In this document: positions 16,501 to 24,964 of the stretch, piece after piece
How the letters are laid out: each line of letters starts with the position of its first letter
How positions within the stretch are numbered: position 1 is the first letter of the stretch
NCBI GenBank assembly: GCA_964392925.1
Contig: CAYMRP010000004.1
Location: forward strand, 71,184-135,183
Length of the DNA: 64,000 nt
From: an uncultured Gammaproteobacteria bacterium
GTDB lineage: Bacteria > Patescibacteriota > Microgenomatia > Daviesbacterales > UBA10151
Reading direction: 5' to 3'
Program-made: the position numbers and the translations under genes
The notes under the pieces: model-generated
Database searches by the model: none
Told to the model about the DNA's origin: nothing
The model's input: only the letters and a program-made list of their open reading frames with translations

Positions 16501-18274
16501 AAGTATGGATGTCCTCTTGGCTAAGCACTACTTAGCTCCCGTTGAAGCGGGTAAGTACGCCTTGCTTTCTGTCATTGGAAAAATCATTTTCTTTATGGGT
16601 GCATTAGCTAATCAGCTAGTGCTGCCTCTGGTTAGTCGAAATGAGGGCGCGGGTCGAAGTTCAGAAAAGTTTCTTGGCTGGGTATTTATTGGAACATTCT
16701 TAGTCACAAGTCTGGGCTTCATTTTCTGGGGTTTACTTGGAGGCTATACAGTACCTCTAGTTTTCGGAGAAAAAGCCAATGAAATAACACAATTCTTAGA
16801 AATATTCACTTTTACAATGATATGTTTCTCACTCTCAAGAGTATTAGTGTCTTATTTTCTGGCCAAAAAAGTTTACACCTTCCCTATTGTTTCATCTCTA
16901 ATTGTTATTCTCCAATTCGCTTTAATTTATTTTAATCATTCCGACTTAGGGTCAATAGTTTTTGATATGTTCTTGGTCGGAGTAATTGATTTACTTGCTA
17001 TGGCTATTCTTTATTTATTCTTGCCGTATGTAAAAATATTTGAAAATAATGTTAGCGATTTATTTGGATTATTTACCCGATCACTTCCTTTTAGTAAAGC
17101 TGAAGCTAACAAAAAAGTCCGAATTCTCATATTCAATTGGAGAGATATCAGCCATGTCTGGTCTGGTGGAGCAGAGAACTATATTCATGAATTAGCAAAA
17201 CTTTGGGTGGAACAGGGTTATCAGGTAACTATTTTTTCAGGTAACGATAACTTAAGTAAACGGTATGAAGTTTTAGACGGTGTACAAATAGTTAGAAGGG
17301 GTGGGTTCTATACAGTCTACTTCTGGGCAGTTTTATATTATATTTTCCGTTTCCGCGGTCTATATGATTTAGTTATAGATTCTGAAAACGGCATCCCTTT
17401 CTTTACGCCTCTATACGTTGGAAAAGCAAAGCTTTTATTAATTCATCATATCCACCAAGAAGTTTTCAGAAATCACCTTTCTTTGCCACTGGCAATTTTT
17501 GCATCATTCCTTGAAGGCAAACTTATGCCATTTATTTATAAAAATCAAAAAGTTATAACAGTTTCTGAATCTTCAAAGCAGGAAATCTTAAAACTGGGCA
17601 AGGATGTATTTGGTGCAATTGAAATTGTTAATCCTGGAATTCACACTCATAAATTCCTCACCCTAAAGAAAACAACAAATCCATCATTCTTATATCTCGG
17701 CCGACTGCAGCCTTACAAGAATATTGAAGTAGCAATTAAAGCATTCGCACAAGTTATTTCTAAATACCCTGATGCCACTTTAACAATTGCCGGTTTTGGT
17801 GAAAGTCTGATATCTCTTAAAAAACTAGCCGGCCAATTATCAATAGAAAAATCAGTTATTTTTACTGGCCGTGTCACTGATGAGAGGAAGTACGAGCTGT
17901 TATCAGAAAGCTGGGTTATGCTTCAGCCCTCAATGATTGAAGGCTGGGGGATCACTGTTATAGAAGCAAATGCGTCCGGAACTCCTGTAATCGCCTCAAA
18001 TGTTAACGGTCTTCGTGATTCAGTTGTCGATGGTAGAACCGGCATGTTAGTTAGACCAAAAGATGTTCAGATGTTTGCCCGGGTCATGACAGATCTTATT
18101 GAAAATAAAGAATTTAGAGATTACTTATCAGCTCAGGGAATTAAGTGGTCACAAAATTTTTCTTGGAAAAAACAGGCTGAAAAATATACTCACATTATAG
18201 AAGAGACCCTCTCTGATCATACCAAGAAAGGTATAAATTTAACAAAATCATGGAGTTTAAATTTTAGAAAGTAA
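13529..18274 (+). CDS. 1581-aa four-module glycan-assembly fusion: GtrB/DPM1-like GT2, processive synthase-like GT2 with TM bundle, MOP/Wzx-like flippase, and GT4
   Basis: It is a single uninterrupted ORF. Module signatures are listed in the four sub-features below. The start could instead be the ATG at 13562 (MSNLDIIIP). Confidence 0.85.
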   Translation: MNLGIDVMGLNMSNLDIIIPVKNEEGNILALVQRISQAMKLGNLSYKMIFIDDNSSDKTVSSLEILKKIYPIEIHPKKGKPGKAYSIIEGVDYATSDNIAMIDADLQYPPEVLPQMLKQLADSGVVIARRKTAQGSKLRRFVSKAFTNVFGGLLHNLNVDVQSGLKVFKKEVIEKIDPKKITPWTLDLSLVLVARDLGLGISEVDIEFDKRKNGNSKVSLVRTSIEIGKNALKLKFFRKRQFTIKPTKENSMIGGGIILKGKKYITHTTLEDKHLALKTFSTTQKFIIGSLVTAAIVGLITNPLAAILTIVAILSVIYFIDVVFNISVVLKSLHFPPEIKIPSEDIEAVDDSKLPTYTILCPLYREADVLPQFLESIEKLDWPKSKLDVILLLEEDDKETVAEISKKRLPYYVRALITPDSQPKTKPKACNYGLAHANGEYLVIYDAEDRPDPDQLKKAYLGFKNSGSKIVCLQAKLNYFNPHQNLLTRFFTAEYSLWFDVMLPGLQSINTVIPLGGTSNHFRTATLRDLEGWDPFNVTEDCDLGVRIFKKGWSTAIIDSITLEEANSNWANWIRQRSRWLKGYMQTYLVHMRNPFSFIAQNGWHAFVFQLIIGARISFMLINPILWLTTLSYFALYAYVGPAIEEIFPSAIFYMAVFSLLVGNFSYIYNYMIGALKREHYSLIKFIFLIPIYWLVASYAAGVAAYQLIVKPHYWEKTVHGLHIKKMTIESIKEEILPTLTADLIKPSDGRMSFYKKLSLPKALIPSAIYTLATFISGILNLGFNVFLGRVISFENLATLSLVSSFLYFSSVPQNSLLSTITHKVGYLEGKGKLTSALHFFKQATNRSLLISFIASAAWLFSIPFLMDYFQSDDIFPFLLFTPVWTLGTVFALMKGFLVGRLMLARVGFILFAETVFKFSIALIFIYFNLSHWAFVALPGSIVLSAILIILISGKLLKVPENAPQLKNEFSFPLKFYSASALSILAPIAFLSMDVLLAKHYLAPVEAGKYALLSVIGKIIFFMGALANQLVLPLVSRNEGAGRSSEKFLGWVFIGTFLVTSLGFIFWGLLGGYTVPLVFGEKANEITQFLEIFTFTMICFSLSRVLVSYFLAKKVYTFPIVSSLIVILQFALIYFNHSDLGSIVFDMFLVGVIDLLAMAILYLFLPYVKIFENNVSDLFGLFTRSLPFSKAEANKKVRILIFNWRDISHVWSGGAENYIHELAKLWVEQGYQVTIFSGNDNLSKRYEVLDGVQIVRRGGFYTVYFWAVLYYIFRFRGLYDLVIDSENGIPFFTPLYVGKAKLLLIHHIHQEVFRNHLSLPLAIFASFLEGKLMPFIYKNQKVITVSESSKQEILKLGKDVFGAIEIVNPGIHTHKFLTLKKTTNPSFLYLGRLQPYKNIEVAIKAFAQVISKYPDATLTIAGFGESLISLKKLAGQLSIEKSVIFTGRVTDERKYELLSESWVMLQPSMIEGWGITVIEANASGTPVIASNVNGLRDSVVDGRTGMLVRPKDVQMFARVMTDLIENKEFRDYLSAQGIKWSQNFSWKKQAEKYTHIIEETLSDHTKKGINLTKSWSLNFRK
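13562..14240 (+). other. Module 1: polyprenyl-phosphate glycosyltransferase-like GT2 (GtrB/ArnC/DPM1 type)
   Basis: Contains IIIPVKNEE, FIDDNSSDKT and IDADLQYPPE, the DADLQ.PP signature of this subfamily. Confidence 0.7.
14591..15670 (+). other. Module 2: synthase-type GT2 (D, DxD, TED, QxxRW) followed by about 4 TM helices
   Basis: Contains YTILCPLYRE, YDAEDRPDPDQL, VTEDCDLG and QRSRWLKG, followed by hydrophobic helices. Confidence 0.7.
15818..17040 (+). other. Module 3: polytopic MOP/Wzx-like polysaccharide-transporter module
   Basis: About 12 hydrophobic spans. The block MDVLLAKHYLAPVEAGKYALL parallels VDILLVKHYFSDFEAGTYALL in the separate flippase at 18840. Confidence 0.6.
17114..18210 (+). 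other. Module 4: GT4 (glycosyl transferase group 1)
   Basis: Contains WSGGAENY and the C-terminal EGWGITVIEANASGTPVIAS (E-x7-E region). Confidence 0.75.
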
Positions 18275-18276
18275 TT

Positions 18277-18840
18277 ATGGGAAAAACGATATCAATCATC
18301 TTACGAGTCTTTAAAAAAACACAAGCCAAAATATATACCAGATTTTGGAAACTATTTCTAAAATCCTTAGGGAAATACAGTGTTCTATATCCTGGGAGCA
18401 CCTTTGCCGGGGCATGTAATATCCAAATAGGTCATCACGTATTTATTCATCAGGGAGCACATTTATATACTGGCGGCAGCAAAATTACCATTGGGAACTA
18501 CGTACTCATTGGTAGAAACTGCTCAATTATCGCCGCCAACAGAGACTATGCGAATTGGACTCGGCCTATTTATTTTGGTACAGAATATGTGAAAAAACCT
18601 GTAGTTATAAAAGATGATGTTTGGATTGGTGAACGGGTAATTATTACCGCTGGTGTGACCGTTGGGCGAGGAGTTGTAATAGGTGCGGGTTCAATCGTAA
18701 CAAAAGATGTACCTGATTTCGCTATTGTTGCTGGTGTTCCTGCCAAGTTAATTAAATATCGATTTGATAAAAAAACTATTCAGCGAGCGATGCGGATAGA
18801 CTTGTCCAAATTCAAAGATATCAAAAAGGAGAAAAAATAA
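18277..18840 (+). CDS. Hexapeptide-repeat (LbH) O-acetyltransferase, WbbJ/maltose-acetyltransferase-like
   Basis: Shows the left-handed beta-helix repeats IGERVIITAGVTVGRGVVIGAGSIVTKDVP. Confidence 0.8.
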   Translation: MGKTISIILRVFKKTQAKIYTRFWKLFLKSLGKYSVLYPGSTFAGACNIQIGHHVFIHQGAHLYTGGSKITIGNYVLIGRNCSIIAANRDYANWTRPIYFGTEYVKKPVVIKDDVWIGERVIITAGVTVGRGVVIGAGSIVTKDVPDFAIVAGVPAKLIKYRFDKKTIQRAMRIDLSKFKDIKKEKK

Positions 18841-20198
18841 TGTCCGGAATAATTACTAGAATTTCTACTTTGGCTTCCAAAAACAAACTTATAACTACAG
18901 CTGGATTATTTGTGGCAGCCTCGATGTTGGCAAATATATTCAATTGGCTTTTAAGTATCCTAGCCGGCCGGGTTTTAGATACAGATGAATTTGCAGTCTA
19001 CGCTGTTTTTGTAAGCATATTAGGCATTCTGTCTGTTCCCTCAAACGCTTTAGCAACAACAATCAGCAGATACTATGCTTATTATTCGGGAAAAGAGAGC
19101 AGTTCAGATATTAAAGCTTTGATTAACTATTATAAAAAAGTAGCGCTGATTTTAGGAGTTCTTGGTGTCCTTATAGTCTATTTCACAAACGACTATATCA
19201 GAGCTTTTTTAAAGCTACCATCAGATAGCATGGTCGTTGGGTTTGCACCCGTTGCTTTCTTTCTTTTTACGGCGGCTTACTTCAGAGGAATTTTAAAAGG
19301 AAAACTAAAATTCGGCATAGTTGGACTGATGATGATAGTAGAAACATTTACTAAGCTGATACTTTTATTCTCCGGATACATGTTAAACCTTCCTGTTCTC
19401 GTAATAGCCATCATTTCCTTACCACTTTCTTGGTCGCTTGCATCTCTGATCGGGTTTTTAGCTACTTTTGAAAACGATGATAAGACTAGAATCACAAAGA
19501 AAACAGGAACCTTAGAATTTTCAAAATTAGATAGTCATTTTTTTATGACAAACGCTTTTTTTGCTAGTGTTGGTATGATGCTAATGAATAGTGTCGATAT
19601 TTTGCTAGTAAAACATTATTTTTCCGATTTTGAAGCTGGAACTTATGCTCTATTAAGCCTTTTCGGGAAAATTCTTTACTTTGGAGGTGGAAGCTTCATA
19701 GAATTATTTGTTCCACTCACCGCTAAGTCACATGCGAAAAATTCTAACAGTAGAAATCAATTTTTTAAACTTCTCGTATTGGTATCATCAGTAGCGATCC
19801 CCACACTAATTCTATTTCTTTCATTCCCAAACTTCACAACATACCTATTCTTAAAGGATAAAGGCTACCTAGTAATTCCGTATTTGGCACCTTATCTTAT
19901 TGCAACAACATTCCTGCTTTATACCAATTGTTTTAATGCATATAACACGGCTAAAAAACATTTCATCTCGACATACCTGATAACTGCGATGGCATTAGTC
20001 CAGGGAGCTTTGATTATGATATGGCACAAATCGCTTACTGATATTGTAAACATTGTTCTTTTCACTCAAGTTGTACTTTTTGTACTAGTTCTGTTTTATG
20101 AATTTTTTATATCTCCAAAACACTCTGAAGAAAAATCAACTTCGTCACTATGGACAAAATGGTCTCCAATTTGGGAAAGGACTAACAACAATGTCTAA
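18840..20198 (+). CDS. MOP/Wzx-family polysaccharide flippase
   Basis: About 12 TM spans. The start ATG overlaps the preceding TAA (TAATG). Confidence 0.65.
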   Translation: MSGIITRISTLASKNKLITTAGLFVAASMLANIFNWLLSILAGRVLDTDEFAVYAVFVSILGILSVPSNALATTISRYYAYYSGKESSSDIKALINYYKKVALILGVLGVLIVYFTNDYIRAFLKLPSDSMVVGFAPVAFFLFTAAYFRGILKGKLKFGIVGLMMIVETFTKLILLFSGYMLNLPVLVIAIISLPLSWSLASLIGFLATFENDDKTRITKKTGTLEFSKLDSHFFMTNAFFASVGMMLMNSVDILLVKHYFSDFEAGTYALLSLFGKILYFGGGSFIELFVPLTAKSHAKNSNSRNQFFKLLVLVSSVAIPTLILFLSFPNFTTYLFLKDKGYLVIPYLAPYLIATTFLLYTNCFNAYNTAKKHFISTYLITAMALVQGALIMIWHKSLTDIVNIVLFTQVVLFVLVLFYEFFISPKHSEEKSTSSLWTKWSPIWERTNNNV

Positions 20199-21195
20199 AA
20201 CTTTATTAGTACAACAGCAACAGCTCCACTTTTTCTTGGTGATGCTTATGTCGTTATTCAGAAAAAAACAAACAGCCATCTCGCCTCTCCCAGCTTTAGT
20301 AAATGGCTTCGCTCTAGAGAGGGAGCTAAATTCAGGTGAGTTAATAAAGCCTCACAGAATAGGAATATACAAAAATGATCGCGGACAAAAAGGTGTAGTT
20401 AAATGGTGGAGTGGAAACAAAAAAACATTTGCAGCTATATCATTAGAGAATGAACTTTCAATGGCCAAATTATTAGAGAAATTAAACCATCGGACAATTA
20501 AAAATCAAAAACCAAATTTGACTCAAATTGGAAGTGCACATGTTATCACAAGTAGAGTAAATGAAAAAACAGTTTTTATAATGTCTGAATTTCATGAGGG
20601 AAAACTTCTTAGAGAAGTAGCAAAGGCGATCCAGATTAAAGAGTATAAACGGGCACTAAACTATTTAAGTAGTCTATCTGGCAATTTAACCCAAATTGAA
20701 ATTGACGCGCTTCCCAAGAGAACATATATTGATTACCTATTGCTTTACCCAGCTTTGTTAAGTGTCTCTATTCTAAGACAACCGAGATATTTTTGGACAT
20801 TTATAAAAGGCCTGCCCCCAGTACTTTTCTCACTTACAAAAATTAGAAAACATCCTTTAACCATAGTGCATCGAGATCTTCACACAATGAATATTATCTA
20901 TTCTCCATCTCGCACAACCATCATCGATCTACAGCGTGCTGTTCTAACTTACGGGTTATATGAGCTGGTAACAACTTTAGCAGTTGAATGGGACAACAAG
21001 GAATTACGTCAGGCGATTCTAGATTATATTTACTCATCATATTCGAATTCTTTAACTATCTTTAGAGGACTAATGATTTATTTTGCAACTCATGCTCTGA
21101 CTGCCAATAACTTGCCGGAGTATTATCTTAGCCGCTACAAAGCAATGCTTAACTTCGCGGTCTATAAATATTCCAACTATTATTTAAAAACATGA
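20191..21195 (+). CDS. Protein-kinase-like-fold phosphotransferase (APH / LPS-kinase-like)
   Basis: Contains IVHRDLHTMNIIY (HRDLHxxN catalytic loop) followed by IIDLQRA. The start is set at the ATG at 20191, which overlaps the flippase stop by 8 nt; the track start at 20098 lies inside the flippase gene. Confidence 0.55.
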   Translation: MSKTLLVQQQQLHFFLVMLMSLFRKKQTAISPLPALVNGFALERELNSGELIKPHRIGIYKNDRGQKGVVKWWSGNKKTFAAISLENELSMAKLLEKLNHRTIKNQKPNLTQIGSAHVITSRVNEKTVFIMSEFHEGKLLREVAKAIQIKEYKRALNYLSSLSGNLTQIEIDALPKRTYIDYLLLYPALLSVSILRQPRYFWTFIKGLPPVLFSLTKIRKHPLTIVHRDLHTMNIIYSPSRTTIIDLQRAVLTYGLYELVTTLAVEWDNKELRQAILDYIYSSYSNSLTIFRGLMIYFATHALTANNLPEYYLSRYKAMLNFAVYKYSNYYLKT

Positions 21196-22097
21196 AAACA
21201 AAAAAAACATTAACTATTTGTATACCCGCATTTAATGAGGCAGAAAATCTAAAAAAACTGCTTCCATCCCTACTCGCTCAAAAAAGGTCAACTTACATTC
21301 TTTCTAAAATAATAGTAGCCTCTGATGCAAGCACTGACACTATATATAATGTGGTAAAGAAAATAGGAAGCAAAAAAATAAATGTTATACATGGAAAGGA
21401 GAGAAAAGGTGTCGCTTATCGTCAAAATCAATTATTAGAAAAATCGACCTCTGATATTGTAGTTCTTCTTAATGCTGACATCGCTGTTATCGATTTCAGA
21501 TATATTGAGAAATTAGTTGCTCCAATTATAAAAAATAAAGCCGATATGACTTCATCAGCTCTCATGGAAACAAGTCCCCGCACTTTTTTCGAAAAAGCCC
21601 TATATACCAGCATGCAAGCAAAAAAATATGCTTTCAATAAATTCAAAGACGGAAATAATGTCTATACCTGTCGCGGACCTGCAAGAGCTTTTAGTAAAAA
21701 TCTCTATAAAATAATTCGTTTCCCTTCTGGTATCGGGGAGGATGCATACTCCTACCTTTTTACAATCAAACGAGGCATGCGATTTATCGCTGTTAAAAAC
21801 GCTACAGTCTACTATTCCTTGCCCACAACCTTTAAAGATCACAAAAGACAAAGCCTGCGTTACCTGAGTTCTAAATCAAATTTTACTTCCAAATTTGGCG
21901 AAAAGTTTGTCAAAGATGAATACAACCTTCCCCTAAAATATATATTGGAAGCAGCTCTGTTCTACTCAATGTCGAATCCTATCTATATGCTTTGCTACTT
22001 CATGATCTTCATGCAAATAAATCTTAGATCTCTATTCAAAAACACCCAGAGTGAAACATGGGAGGTGGCAACAAGTTCAAAGTTGCTAAATGTATAA
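21192..22097 (+). CDS. GT2 glycosyltransferase
   Basis: Contains ICIPAFNEAENL, ASDASTD and LNADI. The start forms an ATGA overlap with the upstream stop. Confidence 0.75.
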   Translation: MKTKKTLTICIPAFNEAENLKKLLPSLLAQKRSTYILSKIIVASDASTDTIYNVVKKIGSKKINVIHGKERKGVAYRQNQLLEKSTSDIVVLLNADIAVIDFRYIEKLVAPIIKNKADMTSSALMETSPRTFFEKALYTSMQAKKYAFNKFKDGNNVYTCRGPARAFSKNLYKIIRFPSGIGEDAYSYLFTIKRGMRFIAVKNATVYYSLPTTFKDHKRQSLRYLSSKSNFTSKFGEKFVKDEYNLPLKYILEAALFYSMSNPIYMLCYFMIFMQINLRSLFKNTQSETWEVATSSKLLNV

Positions 22098-22905
22098 AAT
22101 GAAAACCAATCCAATATTTATCATTCGCCGTTATATATACAAAACTCTAAATCTGGTCGATCGCCTTTTTGACAACAATACTAAAGCATTTGTTCTTTGC
22201 TATCACGGAATTGACTCCAGTGACTGGAGGTTTAGTATTTCGCTTATCATGTTCAAAAAACAAATTAAGCATCTGAAAAATGAAGGCTACTCTTTCATAA
22301 CAACTAAAGACATATTGGAATATTGCCAAGGTAAAAAAATTCTACCTAAGCCTAGTGTTGCAATAACTTTCGATGATGGATACAAAAGCATGAAAATAGT
22401 CGCTAAATTTCTCAAAGAAGAAAAAATTGAACCAACCCTATTCCTCCTCTCTCAAACAGTAAAACCTAACTGGAAAGAAATTGGTAAAAAGGACAGTTTC
22501 TTAAATTTCTCTGAGATAAAATCCTTGGAAAGAAATGGCTGGTTAATGGGAAGTCACAGCAGCACACATGCTAACCTTTCAGAGCTATCAAAAGAAGAGT
22601 TGGTAAATGAAATCTCAAATTCTAAAAAAGTGTTAGAACAAAAGCTTAAGAAATCTATTTCAGATTTTGCATACCCAAGAGGTAAATACAATGATTCCGT
22701 ACTAAAGCAAGTAAAAAAAGCTGGATTTAAAGCGGGTTGGACTATGGACGATGGATTTTTGGGTCCACAAACAAACTTACTTCAAATACCCAGAATAGGA
22801 GTTGACAGAACCCATTCCTTAGAAGAGTTTAAAACGCTATTCAGCCCATCGGCAATATTAATGCGAAAACTTATAAAACAATCTCCCATAGGAGGATTAC
22901 TATGA
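22090..22905 (+). CDS. Polysaccharide deacetylase (NodB / CE4)
   Basis: Contains ITFDDGY and GSHSSTH, corresponding to motifs 1 and 2 of NodB domains. Confidence 0.8.
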   Translation: MYKMKTNPIFIIRRYIYKTLNLVDRLFDNNTKAFVLCYHGIDSSDWRFSISLIMFKKQIKHLKNEGYSFITTKDILEYCQGKKILPKPSVAITFDDGYKSMKIVAKFLKEEKIEPTLFLLSQTVKPNWKEIGKKDSFLNFSEIKSLERNGWLMGSHSSTHANLSELSKEELVNEISNSKKVLEQKLKKSISDFAYPRGKYNDSVLKQVKKAGFKAGWTMDDGFLGPQTNLLQIPRIGVDRTHSLEEFKTLFSPSAILMRKLIKQSPIGGLL

Positions 22906-24074
22906 AAAGTAAACAAATTGATGTTGTAGTGAAATATTTTCACCCTGTTGCGGCGGGTATAGAAACTAACATACTTAATACATATAGTGTGCTTGCCCAA
23001 ATGGGTTGGGATGTTCGTATTCACACATCTACAAACACTCACACGGGTAAGGACATACTTCCAAAATTCGAAATAATCAGAGGCTTAAAAGTATATCGCT
23101 ATAAACATCATTGGTATGGAATACAGCCTAATATAGACTATACGAAAACTTCTTTAGTTTGTATCCATAATTTTAATATCTTTCCTCATATTCAAATAAT
23201 GACTAAAGCGATACTGGGTAACCTAACGAAAACAAAGAAGTACGGGCTGGTCTTGACCCCTCACGGGGGTTACACTCCTGATTGGAACGTTTTTGGACCA
23301 ATATCAAAACAAATTAAGAAAATCTATCACAGAACCCTAGGTAAAATTCTTATTAATTTATCTTGTGATGCAATAAGAGCAGTCTCAGTATGGGAGAAAG
23401 ACCAAATAATTAGCCAGGGAGTTAATAAAGATATTATTCAAGTTATAACAAATGGGGTAGAGAATGAAGCATTTGTAGATTTAAATAAAGAAGCAAGTAA
23501 ACAGGTCAAGAATCTCGCTCACTCATTAGGCGACTATATAATCCAGGTTGGAAGAATATACCCAATTAAAAACTACGAAACGACAATTCGAGCTCTTAGT
23601 CTGATCCCAGGTAACCTAAAATATGCTATTACTGGAGCAGATTCAGAGAAATCCGGTTATTTTAATTCCCTCAAAAAATTAATTAAATCGTTGGGGCTTG
23701 AAGAAAGAGTTGTCTTCACGGGAGTCATTTCCGGGGTCGATAAATTCTATCTCATGAATAAAGCCCAGATGATGGTCCATATGGCACATTGGGAGAGTTT
23801 TTGTAATGTGGTTCACGAAGGAATGAGCCAAGGATTAGTCTGTATCGTGGCCAACAATACTGCACTTCCATATCTAATAAAAAATAATGTGAACGGATAC
23901 TGTGTTGAAACTTTTGACTATAAATCTTTAGCAAGCAAGATTGAATATGTCATAAAAAACAAAAACAAGAAAGAAATTATTCAAATCGAAAAGAATAATA
24001 AAAATATTGGTTCTCAGGAAACTTGGGGTGCAGTTGCTGAAAAAATGAATAACTTGTATCTAAAGCTAATATGA
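22902..24074 (+). CDS. GT4 glycosyltransferase
   Basis: Has the GT-B pattern with C-terminal ESFCNVVHEGMSQGLVCI (E-x7-E). The start overlaps the upstream stop (ATGA). Confidence 0.7.
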   Translation: MKSKQIDVVVKYFHPVAAGIETNILNTYSVLAQMGWDVRIHTSTNTHTGKDILPKFEIIRGLKVYRYKHHWYGIQPNIDYTKTSLVCIHNFNIFPHIQIMTKAILGNLTKTKKYGLVLTPHGGYTPDWNVFGPISKQIKKIYHRTLGKILINLSCDAIRAVSVWEKDQIISQGVNKDIIQVITNGVENEAFVDLNKEASKQVKNLAHSLGDYIIQVGRIYPIKNYETTIRALSLIPGNLKYAITGADSEKSGYFNSLKKLIKSLGLEERVVFTGVISGVDKFYLMNKAQMMVHMAHWESFCNVVHEGMSQGLVCIVANNTALPYLIKNNVNGYCVETFDYKSLASKIEYVIKNKNKKEIIQIEKNNKNIGSQETWGAVAEKMNNLYLKLI

Positions 24075-24964
24075 AAAAGAAATTAAAAATATCAATCGCT
24101 ATACCTACTTACGAAGCCGGAGAAAGTCTTGTTGTCACACTCCGCTCTATCTACAATCAAACTTTTTATTCGGAAATAGATAAAATTTATGTGGCTATAG
24201 ATGGTAATAAGATAAAAAGCAAAATCATGAATAAAATAAAAAATCCAAAGCTGAGTCTACTTCACTATAAAAGAAGAGAAGGCCAAGCCCAAAGAATTAA
24301 TAATTTATTCAAAAAATCGAGTTCTGACATTTTGGTATTAACCAACGATGATATCTACTTAACCAATACCTTAGTCGAGGAAATTGTCCGCACTTATAAT
24401 GGTGACCTGATATTAGGAAATGTCCTAGGTATCAAGCCTCAGACATTCATTGAGAGACTCGTCTTGGTAGGAGCAAATATTAATAAAAGAGTCGCAGAAT
24501 CCTGGAATTCAGGCGACAATTATCTTTCCTGCAACGGCAGACTGATCATACTTTCTAAAAAATTATATAAAAGAATAGAGCTGCCGAAAACAATTTGGAA
24601 TAGTGATGCTTATATTTATTTCTATGCAAAAAAACTTAAATCTGAAGTTAATATCGGCAAAGAACTAAAAGCATATTTCAGAGCTCCTAGCAATCTTGAA
24701 GAGCATATTAAGCAGAGTGATAAGTTTCAAATGTCTCGGGAGGAAAATATGTCTTATTTTAAAGAGGATATATCTAAACAATACGACATACCTAAAGCTC
24801 TAAAATTTAAATCCCTCATTCTTGAATTCCTATTAAACCCAGTGATTACTTTTTGCTACGTACTTATTTATATCTATACAAGAACCCATAGAAAATACTA
24901 TAATATACAACATAAGGATTTTTGGGAAACTGATAAAACAACTAAGCAATTGAAAATATCATGA
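24071..24964 (+). CDS. GT2 glycosyltransferase
   Basis: Contains ISIAIPTYEAGESL, AIDGN and TNDDI. The start overlaps the upstream stop (ATGA). Confidence 0.7.
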   Translation: MKKKLKISIAIPTYEAGESLVVTLRSIYNQTFYSEIDKIYVAIDGNKIKSKIMNKIKNPKLSLLHYKRREGQAQRINNLFKKSSSDILVLTNDDIYLTNTLVEEIVRTYNGDLILGNVLGIKPQTFIERLVLVGANINKRVAESWNSGDNYLSCNGRLIILSKKLYKRIELPKTIWNSDAYIYFYAKKLKSEVNIGKELKAYFRAPSNLEEHIKQSDKFQMSREENMSYFKEDISKQYDIPKALKFKSLILEFLLNPVITFCYVLIYIYTRTHRKYYNIQHKDFWETDKTTKQLKIS

